64,000 nt of DNA from a virus, in IMG/VR virus record IMGVR_UViG_3300042731_008413, positions 1-64,000 of that record, one strand, 5' to 3'. Of the stretch, positions 9,509-18,242 are shown piece by piece. Positions within the stretch are counted from its first letter, which is position 1. Each line of letters starts with the position of its first letter. Below the pieces are notes generated by a model, which worked only from the letters and a program-made list of their open reading frames with translations, had not been told where the DNA came from and ran no database searches. Both the position numbers and the translations under genes were made by a program.

Positions 9509-10929
9509 TGAGCGTTAGACATACAGTATCGATGGCTCAGATGCAGATGCCGAAGATGTACCGGCAACAAAAGGAATCGTGGTGGCAGCGAACGATCTCG
9601 GCGTTAAGGCCGGGGCCTAAACCCCGCTTGACCGAAGTGACCTATCGGGGGGCGCAACCACCCCAACTGACCCAGACGATGAAAAAGATTGGAGAGTATC
9701 GGTCTGATCCCCTGGGCTTCGATACCATCAACGTCATGCGTCGGTATCCGGTCATCAAGTTGGGAATGACGGTCAAATCGGCTCCGATCCTGACTGCCTT
9801 AAGAGAAGCCAGGGTTGAGTGCGAGGACCCCAAGATTGCGGCCTTTATCAAAGAGGTCTTTGTAGATCGGTGGTTACTCAAACTGGCCCAGACCTCCATC
9901 AGCCCCAGCGGAGTGTTTGGGGTAGCTCCCCACGAAAAAGTGTGGGAAACTCAACAGGTCAAGGCCAGTTATGTGGATGACGAGACCGGCGAATCGGTGG
10001 TAGGCTACGATGGCGAGGCCCTGGTCTACAAGAAAATTAAGTTCGTCCATCCTCAGAGTATCGACCGTTTTTTGACCCAGGAAGGCACTCAGGACTTTGC
10101 CGGCTTTGTTCAGATACCGGAGCCGGGCAAAGAGGAACAGCCGGTCGGGGCATACAAAGCCTTTGTGTACGTCAACAAATTTTTGTATGGAGGGTTATGG
10201 GGTGAATCGGAATTCACGGACATCTATCCATATTGGTATTACGCCGAGTTCTTTCGAGCATTACAAGCAGACTATCTCCGCTTTAGGACGGTGCCGCCTA
10301 TCATCGGTTGGGCACCCCCCGGCGTCCGGGAAGATGAAGATGGCAACGAAATCGATAACCTCGAATATGCCGGCGAGGTTCTTCAGGCGGCTCTCGAAAA
10401 TCTCATTGTCATATTGCCTTACGAAATAGATGAGCGGGGTCATAACCAGTGGGGCTACAAAGAGATGTCGATGGAGACCGTTTCCGACGTTTACACCAAA
10501 GGCATCGAGGAACTTGAAGTGGGGATGCTACGTGGTTTGGTGGTCCCGGAACGGACGGTCACCCAAAATATGGCGGCTGTGGGGTCGTACAACCAGGCCG
10601 AAATCCATTCGGAACGGATGCTGGACGCGGCCAAGATGGATGTTGACAACTTTTTGGATGCCTGTAACAACTGGTGTGTGCCGCAGTTGGTTGAGGATAA
10701 CTTTGGGGCTAATTCTCCGCCTTGCAAATTGAGAGTACAGGCATTTTCGGAACAGCTTAAAACCAAGTTGCATAACATTGTTATCGCTCTGCTACAGAAT
10801 GATCGGGAAGGGCGATTAAGCAGGCAGGTGGCTTTTACCCGGTTGTTAGATCAGTTGAATATTCCGTATGTAGTAGGTGATACCGGGTTGCCGGAAATTC
10901 AGGAGGATACCACAGACGAATCCACCTAA
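9508..10929 (+). CDS. portal protein (DUF935/Mu gp29-like)
   Basis: Follows TerL; GVAPHEKVW, LWGES, GSYNQAEIH, LVEDNFG motifs. Confidence 0.85.
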   Translation: MSVRHTVSMAQMQMPKMYRQQKESWWQRTISALRPGPKPRLTEVTYRGAQPPQLTQTMKKIGEYRSDPLGFDTINVMRRYPVIKLGMTVKSAPILTALREARVECEDPKIAAFIKEVFVDRWLLKLAQTSISPSGVFGVAPHEKVWETQQVKASYVDDETGESVVGYDGEALVYKKIKFVHPQSIDRFLTQEGTQDFAGFVQIPEPGKEEQPVGAYKAFVYVNKFLYGGLWGESEFTDIYPYWYYAEFFRALQADYLRFRTVPPIIGWAPPGVREDEDGNEIDNLEYAGEVLQAALENLIVILPYEIDERGHNQWGYKEMSMETVSDVYTKGIEELEVGMLRGLVVPERTVTQNMAAVGSYNQAEIHSERMLDAAKMDVDNFLDACNNWCVPQLVEDNFGANSPPCKLRVQAFSEQLKTKLHNIVIALLQNDREGRLSRQVAFTRLLDQLNIPYVVGDTGLPEIQEDTTDEST

Positions 10930-11045
10930 CGCCACAAAATCAGGGGCGCGTTTTATTAGTTCGCCACCTACCCCGACTTGGAACCACAAGGCTGGGTGGC
11001 TGTAAAATCGAGCTTGGGGCGTCCCCTGCATTTTGATTGTTATAC
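10924..11045 (-). repeat. attC site 4 (122 bp)
   Basis: Minus strand GTATAAC-AATCA-AAATGCAGGGGACGC...GCGCCCCTGATTTT-GTGGC-GTTAGGT with extrahelical bases. Confidence 0.8.
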
Positions 11046-11314
11046 GGCTCATCACGGGGGTAGTGCCACCAAGTTTTCTCAAAATTTCCATTTTCAAACA
11101 TAACAGCTATAGCCAGGTAGCCCTCTGCCGGAAATGGCGGAGATTCCGTATAGCCTAAAATTTTATAGCCTGACACCGAGTATTTATCTTTAATGTCTAT
11201 CAACTCACCGCCGCGTTCGATTAACGAATACGGGGGCGGGTCATTGCTCCGCTTACCGCTGTTTTCAAAAGTAAATAGGGCTGAATTTAATTTAGGGTAT
11301 TTTTTGTACCACAT
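10940..11314 (-). CDS. cassette 4 hypothetical protein (reads through into its attC)
   Basis: GGAG RBS then ATG 11314 (MWYKKYPK...). Confidence 0.55.
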   Translation of the reverse strand: MWYKKYPKLNSALFTFENSGKRSNDPPPYSLIERGGELIDIKDKYSVSGYKILGYTESPPFPAEGYLAIAVMFENGNFEKTWWHYPRDEPYNNQNAGDAPSSILQPPSLVVPSRGRWRTNKTRP

Positions 11315-11346
11315 ACAATTACTCCGGACTATGTTAGCGACGTGCC

Positions 11347-11463
11347 GTATAACGCTACATTTCAGCAGCGCCCCCGGAGACGCCGCTAATCCGATACTAT
11401 GAGCCACGCGCAGACGCCGCCAGAAACCGGGCTGTTGGCGTCTGCTGGAAATGTTTGTTAGGC
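11347..11463 (-). repeat. attC site 3 (117 bp)
   Basis: GCCTAAC-AAACA-TTTCCAGCAGACGCC...GGCGCTGCTGAAA-TGTAGC-GTTATAC; extra C in L'' and extra A on the top strand, the canonical pattern. Confidence 0.9.
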
Positions 11464-11730
11464 GGATGGGTTGTTGATAATCTCAGGCTTCTCAATCCTT
11501 GCAGCATTGATAGTTATGGTAACTTTATCTTTGTGAGGCATCGAAATATTAGCAAGAATGGCATCAAACATTTGGTCAACCCTCACTTCCTCAAAGCCTG
11601 GTAAACTATCAAACTTCATCATAATTGGATTTTCTTCTGTACCTGATACATCTGCCGTAATCCTTTTTCCATCAACCAGAAAAACCAGTTGCAGTTCGTC
11701 TAGCTCAAGCTCAAATGATATACTACCCAT
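11458..11730 (-). CDS. cassette 3 hypothetical protein (90 aa)
   Basis: GAGGAG RBS; stop TAA lies inside the GCCTAAC inverse core. Confidence 0.7.
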   Translation of the reverse strand: MGSISFELELDELQLVFLVDGKRITADVSGTEENPIMMKFDSLPGFEEVRVDQMFDAILANISMPHKDKVTITINAARIEKPEIINNPSA

Positions 11731-11753
11731 TCTTGCTCCTCTCGGCGGTATCC

Positions 11754-11878
11754 GCCTAACGCTGAGTTGTGGCGATTGCGGGGGTGGCGCAATGCCGTTG
11801 ATTAAATGTGCGGTAGTGGCCCCAACCGGCCACAATTAACGGCAAGATTAGCAATTCGCTACGAACGTTTTGTTATAC
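11754..11878 (-). repeat. attC site 2 (125 bp)
   Basis: GTATAAC-AAAAC-GTTCGTAGCGAATTGC...GCAATCGCCACAAC-TCAGC-GTTAGGC. Confidence 0.85.
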
Positions 11879-12022
11879 CGCTTTTACATTTTTACAAACA
11901 GTACAACGCCAACCAGGAGACCCTTGATTTCCTTTTGGGGCGAAATTGTGAACACGAATGCCTTTGCCGTGTTCTTTGTCTTGGAAGCTATGTTTGCAAT
12001 TACATTTTAGTTTCTTTACCAT
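11873..12022 (-). CDS. cassette 2 small Zn-binding protein (49 aa; not in the ORF track)
   Basis: MVKKLKCNCKHSFQDKEHGKGIRVHNFAPKGNQGSPGWRCTVCKNVKAV; AAGGAG RBS; stop inside GTATAAC. Confidence 0.75.
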   Translation of the reverse strand: MVKKLKCNCKHSFQDKEHGKGIRVHNFAPKGNQGSPGWRCTVCKNVKAV

Positions 12023-12047
12023 TTTTTACTCCTTTCCCGCCGAAGCG

Positions 12048-12172
12048 GTATAACGCCCTAAATTTACCCGATTGCGGGCGGGCAATTAAACCCACAATCT
12101 AAGCCGAGATTGCCAGCGCAGGTAGGTTGATGAGTGCGGCGGTAGCAATTCGGGTACAATTTTTTGTTAGGC
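12048..12172 (-). repeat. attC site 1 (125 bp)
   Basis: GCCTAAC-AAAAA-ATTGTACCCGAATTGC...GCAATCGGGTAAAT-TTAGGGC-GTTATAC. Confidence 0.85.
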
Positions 12173-12847
12173 GGCGTGTTGCACAGTTCCAAATAGAGAC
12201 TTCTGTACCGGTCTTATTCCAAGTTTCTCCGCTTTTGGATTGCGGCCTAAGTGCAAAATCCACATTGTTTTTTGACCATCATTGCCTTGCTTGAAATCAT
12301 CACCTTGTGGGCGGTTGTAAACCTGAGTATCAATCCAGTGACTTCGCCCGGTATGCTGACCACCACTATTGGTTGTGTCCCATTGCTTCCAACCGGATGC
12401 GACATAGATAGTGCCTTTATGTCCCCATTGCGTGTCGCTGAAGCTAATTAGCATACGTGGTACAAACGGCTTTTCTGGATACTTGGGGGGATGCTCAGTA
12501 ACCCAATCTTGCTGGATACGCCATCCCCGGCGCTTGCTTCCACGATTACCACGTCCACCGCGCCCAATGCTTTCTGCCATTACCTCTGAGGCAATCAGGC
12601 CGCTATCATCGGCCAACCAAAACCGCCCCAGCATCAAAACTTCCCACTTATCAAGCAGACCAGGATACCCGAACAGACCACGCTTTTTTGTGAAATGCGG
12701 CGATGCCCACAACAACCCACCAACCAGTTCACCGCCAACAAAAACACCGTGCGCCAGCAGTTTGCATCGGATAATACGCCGCTTTAAATAATGGCGTTCA
12801 GATTGCCATTGGTTGAATGAGTTCCTGTCTATTCGCCGGATTTCCAT
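12167..12847 (-). CDS. cassette 1: Mom-family (GNAT-fold) DNA adenine-modification enzyme
   Basis: HYL, GELVG, LGRFWL, LISFSDxxxGHxGTIYxASGW signature; stop inside GCCTAAC. Confidence 0.75.
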   Translation of the reverse strand: MEIRRIDRNSFNQWQSERHYLKRRIIRCKLLAHGVFVGGELVGGLLWASPHFTKKRGLFGYPGLLDKWEVLMLGRFWLADDSGLIASEVMAESIGRGGRGNRGSKRRGWRIQQDWVTEHPPKYPEKPFVPRMLISFSDTQWGHKGTIYVASGWKQWDTTNSGGQHTGRSHWIDTQVYNRPQGDDFKQGNDGQKTMWILHLGRNPKAEKLGIRPVQKSLFGTVQHAA

Positions 12848-12862
12848 AAGCTACTCTCAGCC

Positions 12863-12869
12863 GCCTAAC
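12863..12869 (-). other. putative attI core/first crossover GTTAGGC
   Basis: Core with no preceding attC stem, between the promoter and cassette 1. Confidence 0.6.
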
Positions 12870-12890
12870 AATATAATTACCTATCCATAT

Positions 12891-12924
12891 TTGGTAATTA
12901 TAGCACATTATGCTATAATGTCAA
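12891..12924. promoter_or_regulatory. overlapping divergent sigma70 promoters (Pc-like on -, Pint-like on +)
   Basis: Minus: TTGACA-16-TATAAT with TGn; plus: TTGGTA-17-TATAAT with TGn; both within the inverted repeat ATTATAGCA-N5-TGCTATAAT. Confidence 0.75.
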
Positions 12925-12926
12925 GT

Positions 12927-13532
12927 ATGAAACAATCAACTCGCAACCAGTACAGAAAGTTACTGTCACAACTTAAGCGATGGTCAATCTCTGAGCTTAA
13001 CCAATCAGACATAGCGAAACTTACCCAAGGTAACATTGATGATTATGAGATTTATCTTATTGATGATCGTCAATTATCACCGCGGTCTATCAATAATCAT
13101 CGACAGGCGATAAACAGATATTACACCTCTCTCGGTGTAGATATCCGTTTATCCTTGCGGTCTATTTCGGTTGGCAAAAAAGTGGTAGAGACAATCAGCC
13201 AGGACTTGGCTGAACTGATAATAGAAAAGTCCCCCAGGTTTTTTCAGCCAATCTTAGAGAAAATCTATTTTGATCTCGTTCCTCCCGGTCAAGTAATCAA
13301 GTGTTTCCCGTCACCACGGGGTAAACACATTTCGTTACAAGCAGTTAATAACCAGATAGCAGCAATAACGGACGGTTTGGGTATAACAAAAAGAGTCAGG
13401 GCAAGCACATTAAGGCAGTCTGGCATCGTTCATCAGCTTGAGCAATATGGACCAGCGGTAGTAATGGGCAAAACCGGGTTAAGCCCACTTACAATAGAGA
13501 GGTATTTGAGGTGCACCAATAATGGCCGATAG
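12927..13532 (+). CDS. degenerate tyrosine-recombinase (XerD/IntI-like) protein
   Basis: N-terminal SAM-like domain (LSPRSINNHRQAI); catalytic boxes eroded: no box I Arg, ASTLRQS for PHTLRHS, TGL for LGH, TIERY retained. Confidence 0.65.
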   Translation: MKQSTRNQYRKLLSQLKRWSISELNQSDIAKLTQGNIDDYEIYLIDDRQLSPRSINNHRQAINRYYTSLGVDIRLSLRSISVGKKVVETISQDLAELIIEKSPRFFQPILEKIYFDLVPPGQVIKCFPSPRGKHISLQAVNNQIAAITDGLGITKRVRASTLRQSGIVHQLEQYGPAVVMGKTGLSPLTIERYLRCTNNGR

Positions 13533-14028
13533 AGAATACCAATTTCAGTGCAGCCTATGTCGCTGGCTTGATGTCTATTATCCTCACGCTTATTATCGAA
13601 GCGACCTCGGTGGCATCCGCTTAACCAAAGGGCTTGCTATAAAAGCCAAAAATATTCAGAAGCATCGAGGCCATCCAGACTTTGCTATCTATGAACCAAG
13701 CGGTAAATTCCCTTGCCTAATTCTCGAACTAAAAATAGATGAATCTGATGTGTTCCTGAAGCGAGGTGGTATCCCATCCGGTGACAAAGGGACTCACTTG
13801 CTGGAACAGGTGGCAATGATTTTGATGCTTAGAGAGCGAGGTTTTGCGGTTGATTTGACAATTGGCCAACAGCAAACCGAGCAGATGATTGGTCGTTACC
13901 TAGACAGTGACTTTGATATGGCTTGCTACACCGGCAATGTTAGCCGAATTATTCAAGAGGCGACTGAGGATCAAATCAGGATGGCTCAGGCGGGGCATCT
14001 GGTTGTTTACGATTACATCAGGGGTTGA
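13522..14028 (+). CDS. VRR-NUC-like PD-(D/E)xK nuclease/resolvase
   Basis: EYQFQ, GHPDF, LELK, Q...L...GF. Confidence 0.7.
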   Translation: MADREYQFQCSLCRWLDVYYPHAYYRSDLGGIRLTKGLAIKAKNIQKHRGHPDFAIYEPSGKFPCLILELKIDESDVFLKRGGIPSGDKGTHLLEQVAMILMLRERGFAVDLTIGQQQTEQMIGRYLDSDFDMACYTGNVSRIIQEATEDQIRMAQAGHLVVYDYIRG

Positions 14029-14053
14029 CAAAATTACTATTATAATGTAATAT
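14025..14053 (+). promoter_or_regulatory. promoter with overlapping operator driving the glycosylation cluster
   Basis: TTGACA-17-TAATAT with TATTATAATGTAATA at 14038-14052. Confidence 0.7.
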
Positions 14054-14060
14054 ATTTTCT

Positions 14061-14261
14061 ATGAGCGACATATTTGCAATCTGGCATAAACCCGGCGACG
14101 AATGGCTAACCGACCATTCAGGCCGGGTTATTGTTTTTCCGAACGAATCCTCCGCTACCCAGTTCCAAAAACTGGTTGATGTCGAACCCCCCTTAGCCCC
14201 CGAGATGGAAATTAGACTCTATAAAGACGAATTGGATGCCATCAGATATGAAGAGCTATGA
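14061..14261 (+). CDS. hypothetical protein
   Basis: 66-aa ORF immediately after the promoter. Confidence 0.5.
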   Translation: MSDIFAIWHKPGDEWLTDHSGRVIVFPNESSATQFQKLVDVEPPLAPEMEIRLYKDELDAIRYEEL

Positions 14262-15318
14262 AATAAAGATGCCGGAGCGACTTCCCAAACGGGAGGGCTC
14301 CGGTTTTTTAAGTGATGAAGAGTTCGAGGCCAGGTATCGTTGGCTGTTTGATTACTCCAGGATGAATCACGGTCTGCGGCCCACCTATCGGGAAATATCG
14401 GATGGGTGGAACATTTCGATGACCGCGGTCAAAGGCACGATAGATCGCTTTGTGGAAAAGGGGTGGCTGGTTATGGTCAATAGTGAAGGTCGTCAAGGGG
14501 GTTGGATTTATGGCAAGGAGATCGATGGTTTTGTGGATTTGAGCAATCTGCAACTTCCCAAGGTATCGATTGTTATCTCTACTTACAATCGGCCCAATAG
14601 TCTTCGTCGTCTGTTGAACGTCATCGCAGACCAGAAGCATACCAACTTTGATGACATCGAGGTTTTGATTTCCGATGATGGGAGTAATGCTGAAACAAGA
14701 AGTGCTTATGCTCCTATAAATGATAGGCATTGGCCATTTAGTTTGTTTCACGAATATAGCCCACGCCGCGAGGATGGACTCCCCAATCTTTACCGCCTGA
14801 AGAACGAAACCATTAAAAAGGCCAAGAATCCGCTCGTCTGGTTGTTAGATGACGATTTGGTAGTGGACGACCACACCCTGTTCATTGTGCGAAGTTACCA
14901 CGCCTGTCTGGAAGAAACCAGGCCGGTGTTGTGCGCGCATACGGCTAACGTAGCCGAACCCCAGTATTATCAGATGCCCTTCGGTATTGACGCCCAACCC
15001 GAGGATTGGGATAAGTTACGAGTCTGGTCCTCTTTTGCCGGGATGTCATTTTGGAAGCGGGATTGGGAAACAGTGGGGGGTATCGATAAGCGGTACAATA
15101 ATGCTATGGGCTTTGCCGATCTCGATTTTGGAATCGAACTCTGGAAATCAGGGTGTCAAGTGATGATGATCGATGGCATCTGTGTTTTTGTGGATGACCG
15201 GGAGACCGGGAGCCACCGCAATGGGTTCATCCATACCTACCGGGAGCATCATAACGGCAATTTGTTTATGGAAAAGTGGGGATTGGAGGAGGCGGCCAAA
15301 TACGGAGTATCCCCTTAA
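14236..15318 (+). CDS. LexA-like winged-HTH fused to a GT2 glycosyltransferase
   Basis: PTYREIS...TAVKGTIDRFVEKGWL then VSIVISTYNR, DDGS, LDDD, FADLDFG. Confidence 0.75.
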   Translation: MPSDMKSYEIKMPERLPKREGSGFLSDEEFEARYRWLFDYSRMNHGLRPTYREISDGWNISMTAVKGTIDRFVEKGWLVMVNSEGRQGGWIYGKEIDGFVDLSNLQLPKVSIVISTYNRPNSLRRLLNVIADQKHTNFDDIEVLISDDGSNAETRSAYAPINDRHWPFSLFHEYSPRREDGLPNLYRLKNETIKKAKNPLVWLLDDDLVVDDHTLFIVRSYHACLEETRPVLCAHTANVAEPQYYQMPFGIDAQPEDWDKLRVWSSFAGMSFWKRDWETVGGIDKRYNNAMGFADLDFGIELWKSGCQVMMIDGICVFVDDRETGSHRNGFIHTYREHHNGNLFMEKWGLEEAAKYGVSP

Positions 15319-16067
15319 TGGATTCAAAACAATTGTATCTTCAGTTGGTAAAAGATTGCCTTATCGACAATATCTACCCCCACCCTGCCGACAGAACACA
15401 CTCGGCCTACGAAAAGGAATATGGCCGGTATTGGCCTGCTCAGGCGATGACGATGAGTGGTAAGTGGCGGATGGATAATGTCGAGTATTGCGCCGAAACA
15501 GTTATCCGAGAGAACATCCCCGGTGATTTTATCGAGTGCGGGGTTTGGCGGGGTGGCTTGACAATCTTAATGCGAGCGGTGTTAGCCGCCTTTGGAATAA
15601 CTGATCGACTGGTATGGGTAGCCGATTCATTTAACGGTTGCCCCCCAAAAGACCTGGAACAATGGCCAAAAGACGAGTCTAATCTTGACTTTTTTAATAA
15701 GAGAGAATTGGCGATCCCTCTGGAGAAAGTGCAGAAAAACTTCAGGCGATTTCGGCTTCTGGATAATCAGGTCAGATTCCTACCAGGGTTTTTCGAGGAG
15801 ACGATGCCTGATAACTCCGTTGGTCCTTTGTCTGTATTGAGGCTTGATGGGGATATGTACTCTTCGACTTATGTTTGTTTGGAACACCTTTATCCCAAGC
15901 TATCAATTGGCGGTTTTTGTATCCTGGATGACGTGGGAGCCTTGCAGCAGGCGACAGATGCGATGGATGACTATCGCGAGCAACATGATATTACCACTGA
16001 GCTTAACTGGATTGAAAATCAGGCTACAGACCAGCGATGGGGTGTGTATTGGCGTAAAGAGGGCTAA
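15318..16067 (+). CDS. TylF/MycF/NovP-family sugar O-methyltransferase
   Basis: IPGDFIECGVWRGG, VADSFNG, LRLDGDMYSST, LYPKLS.GG..ILDD. Confidence 0.9.
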   Translation: MDSKQLYLQLVKDCLIDNIYPHPADRTHSAYEKEYGRYWPAQAMTMSGKWRMDNVEYCAETVIRENIPGDFIECGVWRGGLTILMRAVLAAFGITDRLVWVADSFNGCPPKDLEQWPKDESNLDFFNKRELAIPLEKVQKNFRRFRLLDNQVRFLPGFFEETMPDNSVGPLSVLRLDGDMYSSTYVCLEHLYPKLSIGGFCILDDVGALQQATDAMDDYREQHDITTELNWIENQATDQRWGVYWRKEG

Positions 16068-16068
16068 C

Positions 16069-16728
16069 TTGAAAAAGGCTGTTGTTGCTATCAACTTGGG
16101 TGGATATGATGACCTTCACGATCCGACTATAGTCAATCCAAATTGGGATTACGTTTACTTGACGGACAGGGAATACGAATCTCATATCTGGAAAATGCGA
16201 TGCCTTCCCCCTATGTACCCCAATGATATAGTCACTACCCGATGGTGGATATGTCATTTAGATTTGTTAGGGTACGATTATATAGTCAAGATAGATGGAA
16301 ACATTGTTTTGAATGTATGTCCCGAAGAATTATTAAAATATCTTAAAAGCGACATGGCCTTTTTCCGGCACCCTGTAAGAGACTGTTTGTATGACGAATC
16401 TGATCTCATCATTGACCTTGGCATTGATTATGAGGATGTCATTCGTAACCAGATGTCTCGTTATCGCGGTGAGGGGTTTCCAAAGCACTTCGGCTTGTCC
16501 GCTGGAGGGGGTTTTGCTTTTAAGAACACTTCGCTCACCCGTAAGTTCTTTAGAATGTGGTGGGAAGAGATAAAAAACGGTAGCAAACGCAACCAACTTT
16601 CTTTTGATTATGTTAGATGGAGACTTGGTATAGAGATTGGTTATTTTCCAGAATCCTTATTTAGCACAGATTGGGTTTCGTTCAGTCCTCATAACAAGAA
16701 ATATCAAGGGGTCAGGGGCACCGGATGA
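16069..16728 (+). CDS. DUF616-like glycosyltransferase
   Basis: GGYDDL, IDGN, HPVRDCLYDE, S.R.QLSF. Confidence 0.75.
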   Translation: MKKAVVAINLGGYDDLHDPTIVNPNWDYVYLTDREYESHIWKMRCLPPMYPNDIVTTRWWICHLDLLGYDYIVKIDGNIVLNVCPEELLKYLKSDMAFFRHPVRDCLYDESDLIIDLGIDYEDVIRNQMSRYRGEGFPKHFGLSAGGGFAFKNTSLTRKFFRMWWEEIKNGSKRNQLSFDYVRWRLGIEIGYFPESLFSTDWVSFSPHNKKYQGVRGTG

Positions 16729-17378
16729 TTGTCTTATTTATGCACATTCCCAAAACAGGCGGGGCCAGTCTTATAAAAATAATGGAATCACAATATGGTC
16801 GGTTTGGGAATGATGAGGGTGGGTTTCTAAATACATCCGGTATCCAGACCTTAGAAAGCCCAACAATGGAATACAAGGCCGTAGCCGGTCATTTTCCTTA
16901 CGGCTTCCACCGTCTATTTGACAATTATCAATACATCACCCTACTACGGCACCCGGTTGAAAGAATGGTAAGTTCGTATAACTATAACACCCAACTTGTT
17001 AGCCACGACAGATTTAAGGGACTAACGTTGCATGAGTACGTTAGGTTACCCCACGCCGATTTCAGGAACGTGATGGTGCGACGATTATGTGGGTGGCCGT
17101 TGCACCTTCAGGCTTGTAAACCTATTGGGGAAAAGCATCTTCGTCTGGCATTGGCTAATCTGGAAGATTTTGTCGTGGGTTTTACCGAAGATTATCAAGA
17201 GTCCATCAAAAGGATTGCTATAAGGTTGGGATGGACTTTGCCATCTACTCTTCCAAGAATACACCAAACAGAATCAATCGAAGAGCAATACGATCAACTC
17301 AGGAACGATGAGGAGTTCATTGGCTTCAATCGTTATGATATCGAGTTGTGGCAAATAGCTAAAAAGGGGTGGGTGTAA
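16725..17378 (+). CDS. sulfotransferase family 2 protein
   Basis: FMHIPKTGGAS (5'-PSB), LRHPVERMVS (3'-PB), NRYDIELW. Confidence 0.85.
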   Translation: MIVLFMHIPKTGGASLIKIMESQYGRFGNDEGGFLNTSGIQTLESPTMEYKAVAGHFPYGFHRLFDNYQYITLLRHPVERMVSSYNYNTQLVSHDRFKGLTLHEYVRLPHADFRNVMVRRLCGWPLHLQACKPIGEKHLRLALANLEDFVVGFTEDYQESIKRIAIRLGWTLPSTLPRIHQTESIEEQYDQLRNDEEFIGFNRYDIELWQIAKKGWV

Positions 17379-17477
17379 TATCATCCTGATCTTAAATAGA
17401 CAAGAGTGTTATGAAAGGCATTGTCGCCAAAAACGCTTACGATCAGTTGTTGTATGATTTTGCACCAAAGGTGTTTA

Positions 17478-18242
17478 ATGGGTAGTATTCAAGGTTTTGT
17501 ACCATACTGGAACGATGATGCGACTGAATTTGCTAATCACATCAGTCGTTTATGTGGAATTCGGGTTAATATTATTTCCGGTTTTTCTCATGAGGCTGTT
17601 GTTCTCAACAAAATGATTGATGCTTGTCAGTCTGACTACCTTTGGTTTTTACAGCCGGACAACGAAATTATCTATGAGGACACCCCTCACGTTTTAGCCG
17701 AATATTTAGATAAGAACCCCCAGGTTGGAGTGGTGCAACCTGATCTCAACGGCGAGTTTCCGGGCTGGCGGCAACCGGAGAAATGGTATCTTAGAGACAG
17801 TTGTTGTATGATGGTCAGGATGGGTATCAACAGTCGATTTGATACCGATTTTATCTTTACCGGGTGGGGAGACCTGGATTTTGGAAATGAGGTCGAATGG
17901 CAAGGTTTTGAGGTCCATTTGTCCCACAACGTTTCTGTCAGGAAAGGCCAAACGAAATATGGGGATTGGTCTGCATTTCGACAAGCCTACAATGCCAGGA
18001 ATCGATTGCTACTTGAAGCAAAATGGTATTGGGTAGGTCGTGGGAAGTGGGCAGGGGTTGATGTTTACAACATGGCTTGTGAATCGGATAGACGAATACC
18101 AACAATGTTCGAGTTGGCATGGTGGGGTGACAAGAAGCTCAAGCGATTTGCAAAGTCGGTCAACATGGAACATCCTTACATTTTGATGAAAGATGACCAA
18201 GGTACAGGAAATCTAAATTGGAGGTTTCTGGATGACGCCTAA
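17478..18242 (+). CDS. GT2-like glycosyltransferase
   Basis: DYLWFLQPD, FD..F..GWGDLDF, RNR.LL..KW. Confidence 0.6.
   Translation: MGSIQGFVPYWNDDATEFANHISRLCGIRVNIISGFSHEAVVLNKMIDACQSDYLWFLQPDNEIIYEDTPHVLAEYLDKNPQVGVVQPDLNGEFPGWRQPEKWYLRDSCCMMVRMGINSRFDTDFIFTGWGDLDFGNEVEWQGFEVHLSHNVSVRKGQTKYGDWSAFRQAYNARNRLLLEAKWYWVGRGKWAGVDVYNMACESDRRIPTMFELAWWGDKKLKRFAKSVNMEHPYILMKDDQGTGNLNWRFLDDA

Larger units (their letters stand above)
10924..13532. mobile_element. integron-like locus: 4 cassettes, 4 attC sites, putative attI, Pc/Pint promoters and a degenerate integrase
   Basis: See component features; each cassette's leading GTTRRRY-like core complements its own trailing RYYYAAC-like core. Confidence 0.8.

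Noticed and set aside
12927-13532. Functional prophage integrase
   Set aside because: Too short and missing most catalytic residues
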